A stretch of DNA of 52,592 nt, taken from the NCBI GenBank assembly GCA_910592345.1, contig CAJVPI010000114.1, positions 1 to 52,592 of the forward strand, written 5' to 3'. The DNA comes from Paraglomus brasilianum. Lineage: Eukaryota. Position numbers and translations under genes: made by a program. Below are positions 1 to 13,200 of the stretch, piece after piece (positions within the stretch are counted from its first letter, which is position 1; the number at the start of each line of letters is the position of its first letter). The notes below the pieces were generated by a model that was given only the letters and a program-made list of their open reading frames with translations, searched no databases and was not told where the DNA came from.

Positions 1-1934
1 GACGAAGAATGGATAAAAAATATAGCGATACTCCAAGAGAGTGGCTATTTATGGTAAGATACGTTTTTCACGTACATTTAACGCACGATACATAAGATCA
101 GATTAGACATATTAATATAAAAGAAATGAATGACCCGCGGAGCGAGGAGGCTTTCGCCTCTAAACCGGATGCTGCAGCGGAAGCGGCTGAAATTATTGAT
201 TTGTATAATTACTAATCACTTTTCCGACAATTTTGTTATACGAGAGAAGCGGAGCTTCGAGGCTTTGCCTCTGTCTACTCTATTTTTTATACTGTGTCAC
301 AAAAAATCAAAAATTTCTGCGTTACACATCGATCGTAAATGGTTTCACATGTGTACCTGTTTACGACTATTATTAACTTTCTGTCAATAATATAAGCCGT
401 ATTTGGACCTATCATAAAATTGAAAATACGATTTGCAGAAAATTTTCCCTGGGTACAACGTCGACTGTTTTTCGATTTGCGAGCCATTCAGTTATATAAG
501 GAAAACGCAAATAATTTAATTGTGATTGTTAGTAGACAATCTTATCATTACGCAAATAAGATAATTTTTACAGGGGCAAGGATCGCCTATGTAAATGTAG
601 ATCCGCACATTTCAGGGCCAGCTATTAATAACGTATTGCGATCGTCGATAATTTATTACTTCGAGACGTAAAGGACCAATGCCACGGATGGTTGATATAA
701 CGTAGATTCATAAATCTAAAGTCGCAGTTATTATGTGTTACAGTTGTATGAACTCGTATACTGGTAAATTCGTGACCTTGATTTAGAATGAAATCTAAAG
801 AACCAATGTCATAGTTCGCTAATAACAAGTTTGGATATATAAAAAACGATGCCGTACGGCGGAGATTTGAGTAAGAAAAATCATTATCAAAGCGTTCGCT
901 CAATAAATCAGATATCCAAACCAACGAGGAACGATCGATCAGGCTGTATTCCTTCACTTCACGCATTAAAGTTTATCGAACGAAAAATCGCAACCTGACT
1001 ATTATTTAGTCGTACGGCAAAAAAATAAGGTGACTCTTCTCAAAGTGAACACTCATCGTTACTTCTGGGTATAACTCAGTGGATACTCATACAACTATAT
1101 TAAAATCACAGATGTTTCAATTCAACGTCACAGAAGCTTTTCTCCTTATTTTGATTGCTGAATCAATTTACGCTGAAAATTTAATCTCGAGTGGTATACT
1201 GGTACACAAATAATAAAGCAACAAACAGCAAAATAATATGATTCGCTCGCTAAGCGAAGATTTTGCGAAAAAATTATTTTGATTTTCAAACAATTCGTGA
1301 AGGCGACAGATTCAGTAATATATCGAGTTTTTCTCATGGTGGGTGTCCATTCTTTCATTTGCGTTATTTCAATCGCCGGAGCCATGCAACCTCGCAATAA
1401 GTGGCTAGTTAATAGAATTATAATTCATTGTTATTTTGTATGTCAGTTGCGTAAGTGTTAACAAATAGCGTCTCATGCTAGGAAGAATATACAAATTGAC
1501 ATTTTTTATTGCGGTATTGTAAAACGTAATCGAAGTCTTTTATTGACAGTACTGTGTACAAACATGTATTGTTCCATAGTCATGTGCCTACTGCGCCTGT
1601 GAACTCAAGTTCACAGCTGCCCACAGCTGCCACTTAATATTAATGGCACGTAATACTGTAAATATGCAGACAATACAACAATTGTTCCATAACGTGACGT
1701 GCAAAGAAGCATATAAAAGAGTTTTCCCCTTTGTCTTTTGTCTCTGACAAAGGCATGGTGGGTTCCCGATCTATTTGCCAAGTGCTGGACCCAAGGGATT
1801 CGGCGCTTCAATACGGAGAAGTATCACATGTTTGTGTAAGTAAGACGTATAAACAGGGCTGAGTTGGGCGGGCGCAGAGCTAGATCGCGACTCTTCTTTT
1901 ACCACTCTCATTCACTATCATACAACAACTAGAC

Positions 1935-4900
1935 ATGAACGCTATGAACGTGGACCCACTGAGCCAATGGAGATTTGCTGTTAAATTTATTAAAGACCAC
2001 AACCCAAAAGCAACTGAGGAGGAGGTTGAAAATGCATACGAAGCATATAAAGAATTCTTTTATAAATACCACAAGGACCACCTCACGGATTGCTATATGG
2101 AATATCTTCAAACACTTGGTAAGCAAGCAAGTGATACACGTTTATTGGAGGATAGAGGAGCAACAGGGAATACTGTTACTGGTTTTGTGCTATATTGCAA
2201 GAGAGGCAGTTTGGCGTTACCCTTCAGGGTGTGGTAGAGGCAAAGCGCTGTTGGGGCAGAGCTGGGTCATAGAGACATTATGGGGTTTGTAGAACAGTAA
2301 TGGAGAGAGTAAATGGCAGAGGAGCTAGGTTATATGGAGAGGATAGTTCGAATGCATTATGACATGCATTGGGGTTGGGACATAGAGCAGAGTCGTAGCA
2401 AAGGTTAGGTTATACATAAACTCGTTTGAAAGATAAATGATTTGGGTTAGGTAAAATGACTGAGTATACAGTTGAGATGTTGACCCTCTTGCCATTCATT
2501 CTGGTCTCCCACCTTTTGTGTTTTCATATATCTACACTCCTTTGACTTATTTTTGTTAGCTCTCCATTCTTATTTACTGCAGATTTGTCCACCCGGTCTC
2601 TTTCAGATTCAGACTCCAGTCTCCCCACACTAGTTACGATCAAGCAACACAGGTTCTCACCTGGAAAGAAGATACCAGCCTCAACATTTGCTAAAATGGA
2701 TATGTCTGCCACTCGATGTTTGATTCAAGAGCTTGTTGGAATGTCCTCGAGCAACCTTTGCATTTCGAACGGTCAAGCTGACATAACTGATCCAAAAGAC
2801 TTGATTAACGGTGGAACATTCTACATATACCACAAGGACAAACCTTTTGGTAAACTTGATAATACCTTCTTTTTCCCATTAGTAATTAGTGGCAGTTCTT
2901 TTATTAGGAAATCTTACTATTACATCATCATTGTGGGCTTTTTGAATTATTCATATAGGTCCAGGTGCAGTAGAGAATATACTAAAGAGTTTGGATCCCA
3001 TTGCCAAGGATTTGAAGTCAAGAAAATTTTCTCCTTTTTTTCCATATTCATTGAGTATGCCTATACCTATGCTAGGTGATAAACCTTCACTGCTTTTACA
3101 TGATCTCCCTGAATGTGGCAAAGATGGCTGGACCAAAGCCCAAGAATTATTATCAGATAACTATGATGCTGTGTTGACCACAATACTTGGTGTTAGTGGT
3201 TCTGGGAAAACACGTCTTTGCTTTGAAACCCTTTGCCAAAAATATGGCTTCTACATAGTGGCTGCACCCAGTACCTACCTTGGCTCCAGGGACTTACAGA
3301 TTATAACAAATGACCTTGAAACAATGACTCGACATTATGAGAACCTCAAGCACAACCAAGAAGCCAGTATCATGGCCAGGCATGCTACTGAATGCATTTT
3401 GCTTGCTCGGTTACTCATACTCCATCGACTGTTATCAAATTGTACTATGACTCCAAAGGAATGGCTCTTGTTCCAGCTCAAGCCAAAAACAAATTATACT
3501 GACGATGTATTCAGGGAACTCTCTTGGACTTTATGGCAATCCACATACCATAATGAGGTCCTTGGTAACCTTACCAATATCAAGAATAAAATTCTTCCTG
3601 AATGTCGCAACTTGACAAGTCAAAATCGTTTCATTGTTATCCTTGATGAAGCCCAAATCCTTTCAAATAAGATGAAAGATTTCTTTTTACGAGAGAGCGA
3701 ACCACAGTCAAAAATATACCGGTCTCTTCTTTCTCCTGTGACAGCTGCTTTGGTTGATGCTGCCTCATGTCGTCTCTTTGTGTGTGGATCAGCTCTCTCT
3801 ATTCTACATTCTGAGGAACTGCTTCAATCTGCAATTGGCAAGTGTGAGAAGAGCATACAATTTACAAACCTGGGTGTCATTGATAATGAAACATTCTTTA
3901 TCAAGCATGTCCTTGACTTTACCAGAAACCAACCTGCAATTCAAGCCAGTGATCTCAAGACTTCATTTAAGTGGCTCCGTGGCCGACATCGATTTACTGC
4001 CACCTTTATTGAGGATTTAATCTCAGGGACTAGTATTGATTCTGCTCTCGAAAAAGCACAAAACCGGTTCCTAAGTGATGTTGAAGAAAGCTCATTCATT
4101 GGTAAACTCACTTCACTTCAAAGCTACCAACCTCAAGTCCTGCAAGTCTTTAAAGAGGCAAGTGCTTCCACACTCCTTGTAGGCGAAGCCATTATTATGA
4201 AGGACAAGAAAGATCTGGAACTTATGACACATGGACTTGCAATGATGGAAGAGGAAGGTGATGTGCTGAGGGTTCGAGTTTATGAACCACTTGTCTTAGA
4301 AGCTGCTAAGAAATTTTTTGAGCTGGCCAACCTTGAATCTGTTTATCGCACCCGCATGGGCATTCTTGTATCAGATCAGAGTGGTAGTGGCACCACATGG
4401 GAGAAACTTGTACCATGGCACCTCTGGAAAGTACTTTTCAATGGTCAAATTAGAGTGGAAAATCACCTACTCTTCAAAAACCTGAATATCCCCAATTTCA
4501 AGGGCCCTGTATCTTTACACTTACCTGCTGACAAAGACAACTTACCTGGTGCAACCTATGGCCAAGTTTCAACTCCGAAATTCACTCTCAGTCACTACCT
4601 TGACCAAGTCCTTTTGCCAACTTTGACCAATCCTCGTGCTAAATTCTTTTTCCCTGAGAATGACTCTGGGCCTGATGCTGTCTTACCACTCTATGTTCCT
4701 GAGTGTCCCCCTGGAGAGCAGATATGGTTATGTTTATTGCAAACAAAACTGCATCATAAAGTATCAATGGGTGATGCAATTGCAACCACAGACCCCAAAC
4801 ATCTATATAATAAGGATGGTAGAATCACAGAACATTTGAATGTCACCACAAAGCTGAAAAAGTTTGGCAAGCGCATCATTCGAATGGTGGTCACATATCC

Positions 4901-5066
4901 ATATGTATCTGTGCAACACAAGAGCCGAGGGCCTGTTGAAAACATTCACAACATCCGATCTGAAAGATATGAACATGCCCTTGTTATTATTGACAAAAAT
5001 AATGCAGCAAGTGTGTTTGAAGACAATCACTTGGAGTTCCTCAATGCCATCAAATACAAAGGCTGA
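1935..5066 (+). CDS. Crinkler (CRN/CR)-like effector: N-terminal header + P-loop NTPase + C-terminal PD-(D/E)xK restriction-endonuclease-fold domain; 3 exons (1935-2118, 2583-2849, 2959-5066), ~852 aa
   Basis: Track ORFs 1935, 2585 and 2991 join in frame through phase-1 introns GTAAGC(2119)..TGCAG(2582) and GTAAAC(2850)..TATAG(2958). Walker A GVSGSGKT, Walker B IVILDEAQ, C-terminal PENDSGPDAV...LLQTKL (PD...QxK). Confidence 0.8.
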
Positions 5067-5539
5067 TTAATATAATACTAACTCTTTACAAGAATCCTCT
5101 TATAGCATTGTGTGCAACACTTAGCACTAGCTTTTTGGTTAACACTCTTTACCATAGTAAATTTCTGTTTAGTTTTTCATCAAAGAAAGAGGTTATATTG
5201 TTGATACTAAAAATGCTCACTTAAAACGATTATTAATATCTGTTTCTTTAAGTTTGGTTGAAGAATGGCTGATATTGATATATTGATATTGAATAGGTAA
5301 AAAAATAGTGAATTAGAATCACAAAAAATAAAAAATTGGGTTAATGATGTAAATTCCAAGACTAATACTAATACATTTGCAGAACACAATAAGCATATTA
5401 ATATTATGGTTTTAAATTTTTAAAAAGCCAGTTGTTGCTATCTTTGTCAAATTATTTCATAATGATAAAAATTAAAAATTAATGTATGGGATTATCTGTA
5501 TATTAATATGGAAAATTCTAATTATCATTATAACAGTTC

Positions 5540-5770
5540 CACTGAATATGACAAGGCAATATGCTCTTTGGAGACAGGTTGCAACTGTGGTTGCTCAAAA
5601 AAGAGAAGATTGCCGAGTTATGTAAAGCATTTCAAACTTTCTCTAGACCTGAGCAAGACATATTAATATGTTTAATGGCCCAATCAAAAGTGGAGAAATA
5701 ACTGCATGTCTTAAAAAGAAAATGCGTATTAATAAAAGAACTTTTTATTATTGAGATCGCAATACATGCA
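5540..5770 (+). pseudogene. Degenerate fragment of a Cys-rich, transposase-like repeat-family protein
   Basis: Frameshifted translation EYDKAICSLETGCNCGCSK..EKIAELCKAFQTFSRPEQDI..LMAQ..KKKMRINKRTFYY resembles, from memory, the N-terminus of a repetitive transposase-like family of AM fungi. Not verified by search. Confidence 0.4.
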
Positions 5771-5979
5771 GTACAAATTTAGAATCGGAATTTTCCCGTA
5801 ATATATGACATACACTACCTAGACATAAGTTTGCGCAGTCAGTTTTTCTCATTTTTTATTAAAATACTACCCATGCTGAAATCCGCAGCTGCGCTGGTGT
5901 TACCGCCGATTGATTTGGACTGCGGCACCACTGAGGAAGCGCAGAAATAAAGAGAGAATACGTCACAGATTGCGGCACA

Positions 5980-6240
5980 TCACAGTAGCAAGTGCTATGT
6001 GAGTTTGTCTACATATTACAGAAGATCATGGAGCTATCCTATCAACATATTTGTTTGAACCAACTTTAGTTGAGGCTGCTGCATACATTATGAACATTGA
6101 CAATGGGTTACTTGTACCAGATCTACTGACTATGTTAATCAATAGTATCAAAGAAGGAGTTGCAGAGGCCAGTTATTGTGGTGAATTGGTAGCACATTTT
6201 CTCTTACTTTTGGCATATGACTATGCCTGTAGTCTTTCCT
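5980..6240 (+). pseudogene. Fragment of a second CRN-type NTPase-REase family gene
   Basis: Reads VASAM*VCLHITEDHGAILSTYLFEPTLVEAAAYIM...GELVAHFLLLLAYD, matching the 'HMR...YPSEP(I/V)LAEAA...GELVAR.LLL.A.D' segment of fungal NTPase-REase proteins. One in-frame TGA; truncated on both sides. Confidence 0.55.
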
Positions 6241-6282
6241 GGCTATTATTTACAAGGCATCACTGTGCAACAATTCTTGCAG

Positions 6283-7232
6283 GTTTACTGGATTATTATT
6301 ATGAGACTTTTAACCTAATTGCAACAGATATTTTCACCAATAAACCCAATGCACTAGTACCACTAGGTGAAGGTTATATATTATAAGTAAATAGATTAGA
6401 AAGATGAGAACCCAAGGTTAGTTTGTTTACAGAGACTATCAAAGCCAAAGAAGATGATTTGGAAAAAAGCCTCTGAAAAGATAAATTACTAGAAAACTTT
6501 GTGGCTGGACAAAAATATGTGGCAGATAAACAACTTCAAGAATTACCAGCCTTGCCAAACTTACCAAAAAATAATAAGTTTAAACTGTTGGGTAGTAAGA
6601 TAAAGAGTAAAGAGAACCAAACTAAGGAAGTAGTTAAGGAGAAGTTTAATGCTTACATCTTACAAAGAGTAAGTAACATGAAATTAGAATATCAAATCAG
6701 TCAACTATGAAGAGGAAACAGTTGGCACTGTAATTCTGTTCTTTTGAAAGTAATAAAAATTTGATTGCCACTCATGAAATGATAGCCTATAATACCAAAA
6801 CTAGTGGCTATAATAATATTGCTTATATTTGTGTTGAATGTAAAGGAGATCTTGATAATGGCACCTTGCCATGCTTTAATGATTGTGGTCAAGCTATGAG
6901 AAACAGAGTAAATTGCTTTTGTGATTTAAGAAAAAATGAACCAGTTAAAACTCCAACAATAACTGAAATAATTAATAATGGCCCAGAATTATGTTGGTAG
7001 GTTGGAACAGCAAAACATAGACAAAGATTTAAAACAGCAATTAGGCAGTGCCAAGGACGAAATTAGTTCTCATTTGGAAGCCTTAGATGTTTCAAAGGAT
7101 TGGCATAATAATAATAAGAAATTGTTAGATAAAATCCAAAGACTTGAAAGTGAGGTTGAATTTTTAAGAAAACAGCAAACTCAACACATTGCTCAAACTA
7201 AGTTAAAGAAAATAAGAGATGACCTTGATTAA
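6283..7232 (+). pseudogene. Decayed intronless gene cluster of probable Mollicutes-related endobacterial origin (Lys-rich protein followed by a Cys-rich/coiled-coil protein)
   Basis: ORFs 6051-6386 and 6501-6710 share one frame broken by one TAA (6384) and TGAs at 6405, 6474 and 6708. The following 6678-7232 segment has CxxC-like motifs and a coiled coil joined by frameshifts. No introns, A-rich codons, abutting genes. Confidence 0.5.
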
Positions 7233-7269
7233 AAGTAAGGAAGTAATTTAAATTTCATAATAATAAGTC

Positions 7270-8022
7270 AATTTTTCTTTACCCAGTACTAGATATTCCT
7301 CAAGAATTTCGGTGTCAGTCATTTTACAAATATATGGAGCAATTTTTCACCCTGTTCCTTTTTAAATGCTTTGAATAGTACTGTAATTCTTTGGCTTCAT
7401 TGTAATTTAGTTTTATATTTATACATTTTTATATAGACATAAAAACATGTCATGACTTCATTCTCATCTCAGCCAACTTTAATGTTAGTTGATATTAGTT
7501 TGAAACTGTAATTTACATAAATTTGTATATTAGTTACAGCTGTGATAATCAAAATGTTGTTAGTCAAATTAGTTGACTCCAGTCACATCAGCCTCTCATA
7601 ATAGAATGATCACTTTATCTGGTTTTGTTGCAGCGACTCTTTTGGTTACAATTATGTCAAAGTAATGAAACGTGAATTAAAGCTCAACGAATACGCTCGC
7701 TCAAGTAGTCTTTTATCAACAACAAATTGATGACTATAATTTCGGTAATAGGTTACTTGATCAGTGGAGGTCTCGGTGGCAACTTTTATATTTCGTTTCT
7801 TTCAATTGGGTTAATCTTCGTTTATTGTTTAGTTCTTCTTGACAAATTTTATAAGTGATTTTTTCTTTATCTAGATATTCCTGGAGAGTTTGGGTATCAT
7901 TGATTTTAAACATATGGAGCAATTTTTTCTTCTTGAGCTTTTTTAAGAATGCTTCTAATAGTGCTATAATTCTTTGGATTTAATGTAAATTAGTTTCATA
8001 TTTATATATTTTTATAGACATA
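7270..8022 (-). repeat. Diverged ~165-bp direct repeat pair (~7270-7442 and ~7858-8022), probably two decayed paralogous coding remnants on the minus strand
   Basis: Shared collinear blocks ctagatattcct, atatggagcaattttt, taattctttgg, atatttata..tttttata..tagacata. The second copy reads NPKNYSTIRSILKKAQEEKIAPY../TQTLQEYLDKEK../SLIKICQEELNNKRR on the minus strand with frameshifts. Confidence 0.6.
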
Positions 8023-8670
8023 ATCCTATACTAAATTCGTTATGATTTATAATGTCAAGTAAGAGTTTATTAGTTAAGTGTCAGTTCACATTTTTGGTAT
8101 TAAAAAGCTATGTTTTTCCCAATATCATCTTTGCATTCAACATGTTTTTGTATAATATATAAGGGAGAAAATGTCAATAATATATGGGGTAGGAGAAGAC
8201 CCAAAAGCGCGAGATGTAAGGAAGACCAAATTGTTCAGCATATGTATGAGGAATCGGAAGAAGTAATGGAAAGAGCGCAAACGGACATTAGTAATTGAAG
8301 CGTTTGTCATTAGTACTAGTCTCAGTCTCATGTCAACCCAATGTTATCATCATATAACAATAGGAAATTATAATTTGCCGTAATACATAAATAATGCAAC
8401 TAGTGTGAGAACTATAACTCAACAGACTTACCATAATCAGAAATGCAACAAGCCCGCGATGGTTAGAATTCTCTTTTCTTATGATATTGATGTCATCGTT
8501 TACTTTGCTTTGTTATGTGTTTGGGCTCTAATACTAATACCAAGTATAAAAATAAACGTATCGTAATCTGAAAAAATCACACGTGAATGCCATGACTAAC
8601 TAAGGTACGTGTACAACCGGCATCCAACCAGAACATATTCGCATTCTTGAATGCGCCTAATATTAAGAAA

Positions 8671-10242
8671 ATGTCAACTTCACCAGATTTTCGGGAACTA
8701 CAAGAGCAACAAAATTCACCTAAACTTACAAAGGAAGAAACAGAAACTGTTATAAAAGCCCGTAGACAGCTTAATACTCATTGTGAGTGGTTTGTAGTTT
8801 TGAAAGAGATTCTACGTTTCTGTTGTAAGCGAGTTATTGATCTGTGATTACGTGTTAGCTCTCGTTGGTTTAGCAATTGGAAGCGCGTTAGGGTATTACT
8901 ATGGTAAGTGTTTTGTTGTTACTGTATTATGTCCGGATCGCGATAGAAATGTTGCAAAAGGCAGAGGTGACTATTTACGTTTTACCAATATCTAGCCGTA
9001 CGTCGTCGATCCTCTTTCGGGCGAGGGCTTTTCTACGTTGCAGGTGTATAGAACTTTCCATATTATTTTTCAGTTTCATATTAAGTCAATTTGTCTTGAA
9101 TTTTAATCTTTTACTGTCGACTTTTCCCAATACTTATTGAATCTCACCGATTTACTTGCCAACATCACGCTATCTTTACCCATCTACGGCTACAATCTTT
9201 CAAACTCTAACTAAAGGCGGAGCATTCTTAGGAAACAACCTCGGCGCAATATCTGGCCTATTAGCATCCCTACGCACACTTCGGACACTACCTGATCCCA
9301 ATCGCGTTCTTGCGATGATCAAAGAAGCGCAGTTGCGTTTGGTTTCCGTTAGTTCATTTTTCTTTACTGTTACTTTTTTTATTCTTTACTTTTTTCCTCT
9401 CGGTGGTGTGTTTGGCTTCTAGTCTTGTGCTTTCAAGTATAGTTTCTTGTTCATGTCCCTCGAGTGATGATGAATCTTACATATTTCTTTTGCTGCATTG
9501 GTATATGAATTCTGTTGTTTATTTCACCCGGGTTTTATGTAGAACTGGCATAGGCTTCCCGCAGAAGGATGTTCGCAAAAGTCGGACGCAACAAGGAGAC
9601 ACGGAAGAGTTGATGACAGGACCCGATGAATATGAAGTTGATGAAGCAACGGGTGAATTGAAAAGAAAGACATATGATGATGGTATGAATATGGGCAAAA
9701 GTAATAGTCGAGGTAAGTTATGATTGAGATTTGATCGTAATATCGATACTGGTGTATATTCTGATCTGACATTTATTAACGTGTCTCTTTGTTACATGTA
9801 CGAATATCATTTATTCCTACCATTTCGAAATTTCAATGAATATAAAATATATACATTCTGTTGCAAACCGGAAAAAAAAAATGCAAATCAAGACTCAAAG
9901 CCCATGTCAACATGGGAGAGGATCCGCGAACAAGCTCGAATCAAACAACAAGAACGACAACATCAGCTGTCCAAACCTCAATCTGAACCTTCCTCCGAAG
10001 ATTCCTTTTCTGGCTATAATCCTTCTTATCAGCGTGGTGGAGAGGTGCCTTCATCTCACGAGAATACAGTCAGTAATGACGGGTTTGGCTCTACTATGGG
10101 TGATAGCTACGGCAATAGCACTAGTGATGCGGACGGAGTTAAAGTATCGAGAGTATATAATCCACCGCGTACGAGAGAGGAGTTGGAAGATGTAAAAAGA
10201 AAGGGCGGGGTTAGAACTAATCAGTATGGAGATCCGATATGA
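8671..10242 (+). CDS. Conserved hypothetical membrane protein (two Gly-rich TM helices, C-terminal WERIR...RTNQYGD motifs; OCIA-domain-like); 6 exons approx. 8671-8782, 8859-8903, 8996-9043, 9217-9331, 9543-9712, 9893-10242
   Basis: GT-AG introns give a continuous frame MSTSPDFRELQEQQ..SLVGLAIGSALGYYYAVRRR..GGAFLGNNLGAISGLLASLRTL..STWERIREQAR..KGGVRTNQYGDPI. The exon 4/5 junction is the least certain. Confidence 0.7.
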
Positions 10243-13200
10243 GTGATGTGAATGTAGTTTTTGGTTTTTTTTTTTTACGGTATATATTTGGTTATGTTTG
10301 CAAGTATGTCTTGATGTATGGCTGATAACATATTCGTAACCAATTACTTGATAATAATTACCTTTGATCATTAGTAATAATTGTCCGTCGTCTATATAAT
10401 ACATATAATCGCATTTGTTATGAATTGTCACCGACCATCTCCCCCCTTTTTTTTTCTCATGACTTCTCTGCAATCGCTATCGTCCTCATTGCATCATAGA
10501 AATTCGAATAAGCTCATGACACAAAGTTTACTCAGTCAACATGCACATAGTGGCAGCTTGTTATTGGGCTTGGGAAATACGGGGCTTAGGTCATGCAGAG
10601 AACTTTAAGGCAAAAAAGAAAAAAGAACTATTGTAATCAAATGATCGAATGAATAATTTATATACTTATGTAATTTCCGCTCCACTGGATTAGCTGATAT
10701 CGCGTGTAAATTTATATTCTTGATGCAACAAGGCGCCTGCATGAATGTGTCTCGTGCGGTTGTTTCCGATTCGACAGTTGGCTGTAGTATCTGCGAGCCA
10801 TGCATGCGCTTATCGGTATTATAAGAGAGGTGCTTAGATGGGAAGAACGGAAATAAGCAGAGAACGTGATATACATGAGATGGTCACAAGCCGGCTTTTA
10901 AGAATTATATAATCAGGTTTTCATCCGGTTACAACGAATCACAATAAGCGAGCAAGCTTTGTCCGTTGATAGATTAGACGATGATAGCGAATGCCATTCT
11001 AAACTTCGTGCATTTGGGAGGGGGCTCGTTCGCTACATATGATACAATAGATCGATAATATATTTTATACGTTTATCCGGGTATCGCGTAACAATCGTTG
11101 TTCTCCTAATGCACGCCTGCATCACATTGCGATACTCTAGGCGCCAAACCAGCTTTGTACCTTATTAGTAGAATAACATTATTAAGGACGATAGTTGTTT
11201 CTCTGATATTGAAGGGTTGTGCAATAAAAAAGAATTCCTTGACAAGGACAAAAGGATAATAGTTGTTTCTCTGATATTGAATCCTTGACAAGGACGCTGT
11301 TTAAACGATTGCTCGTTAATGTTGATTGGTATATTTGTTGGATGCTTTGTCTCTGGCTAGTAAAAAATTGTTCACAAAGCGTTCGCCGCGTTCTAGTACA
11401 ACTTGTAAAGACGAATAGACTGATTAGATTGCAAATTTTAGGGTTTAGTTAACAACTAACAAAACGAATAAGGGTAAAAAGCTTGTTTCATAAGAATAAA
11501 AGTAGCGACAATATCTATTATCTGGTATAACATGTTTACTTAATATAGTCAAATTACATATTTAGTAAATCATATTAACATTAATAATCAATGCTAGTAA
11601 ACCAGATGCGCCATGTCAATAGCTGTCATTTTGACAAAAATATCATTCAATCAGACATCTTGTAATGTCGCATCTTCGAATCTACAAGTCAATATTTACG
11701 TTACTATATTTCACTACATTGTACCGCACTCCGTTGTAAATTAGTATTAATTAAAAAAGCATTCTGTGTCGATTCACAAAGGACGGTTATTAAAGTTTAG
11801 ATTACAGATTTTCTGTTTTCTCGTTATGTCCTGTAGCACGCTGCATATTTATATCACACAACAATGAATAACAAACAACGGAAGTGAGAATTAGAAATAA
11901 CAGCATAAAGAATCAACAACAAAGTGCTTGGGTTGAAAAATCGAAAAGTAGAATAAGCTAGTGATATGTGTTCACGAGTCCTGGGCTTTTGGGGGGGTTA
12001 TCAAAAGATGAAGCGATAGTTAAGAGTCGGCAAAGTATCAATCAGAGCCGTGGTACCTAATTACACTGCATTTGAAAAACGCTCAAGACTACATTGTCGT
12101 ACCCACTTTGTTTCCTCGTCGTTGCTTGGATCAGGCCGATATGACTAACACTATTCTTCATGCTGTCATCTGATGACGGAAAACCTGAACTATATTACAA
12201 AATCAAAATGTTATGGATTGTGCAACATGGGAACACAATCCCACATCATCTCCGATTTATCAGCCGAGACTCTCGAGCCCATTCATTAAGCTATTCAATG
12301 GTTGATATTGTCACGATAACCTCACACGTTCATCTCACCATCAATTAAGACTCTTATCCTTTGTTCGTTAAACCCTTGACGTTGCTGATTTTATGTAGCA
12401 GGATTGCTGTATTTGGGATATCCCCGGGCCATAAGATCGACAAGAGAACAATAGCAAGAGCTGTAGGCGAGGTATGCATGAATGCAATTGGAGGAGAATG
12501 ACAAACGAATATCACCGTGAACCAATGTATTGTCTCGAGCTGACAATGCCTAGGTTGCACACTTTCAAAGCCCGACCAAACAGATGAACTCTCATATCAA
12601 CAGTTACATAACATGAGGGTTATCGTCATTATTTCATTATTTCATTATTTCATTATTTCATTATTTACCATTTATTATTATTGTTACTATTTATTTCAGA
12701 CTCTGCCCGCATTATCGACTATTAAACACACCCCATTATTTCCCGATACAGAGTTGGACACGATAAAACTCCGAATGGAAAAGGTATCTCTTCAAATAAC
12801 CATACTGATATCTAAAAGATCGACAAGAAAGAGATGCAAAACTACTGTAGTTTGACAAAAAATCCCACGGGGCTTTCGACATTAAATGGCGCAGAGGAAT
12901 GTGCAAGACATACAATAGAAAGGGGATAATTGATAAGCGTTTATGGTAACGGACAAGCGCATGAGAATTGCATGAGAATACTGCGATGCGAATGATAATG
13001 ACACTAACGATTGACATCAGATAACAGGCATGCACATCATCATCATCATCGCCATGTTCAATTCTATTGTTAACGTGCTTGCGGCAAGGATAGAAATAGA
13101 ATGCAGTATGATAAGTCAGGGAGCCCAAAAAGAAACCAGACTAAGTTATAGGAACAAGCGATCCATTATGTGCATTCTCAATATGTCAGGATCGTCCCAC

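Noticed and set aside
1..1500. ORFs 625-966 and 1146-1397 as intact genes
   Set aside because: Protein-like patches are interrupted by stops and carry no recognisable domain; possibly a decayed gene but not supportable.
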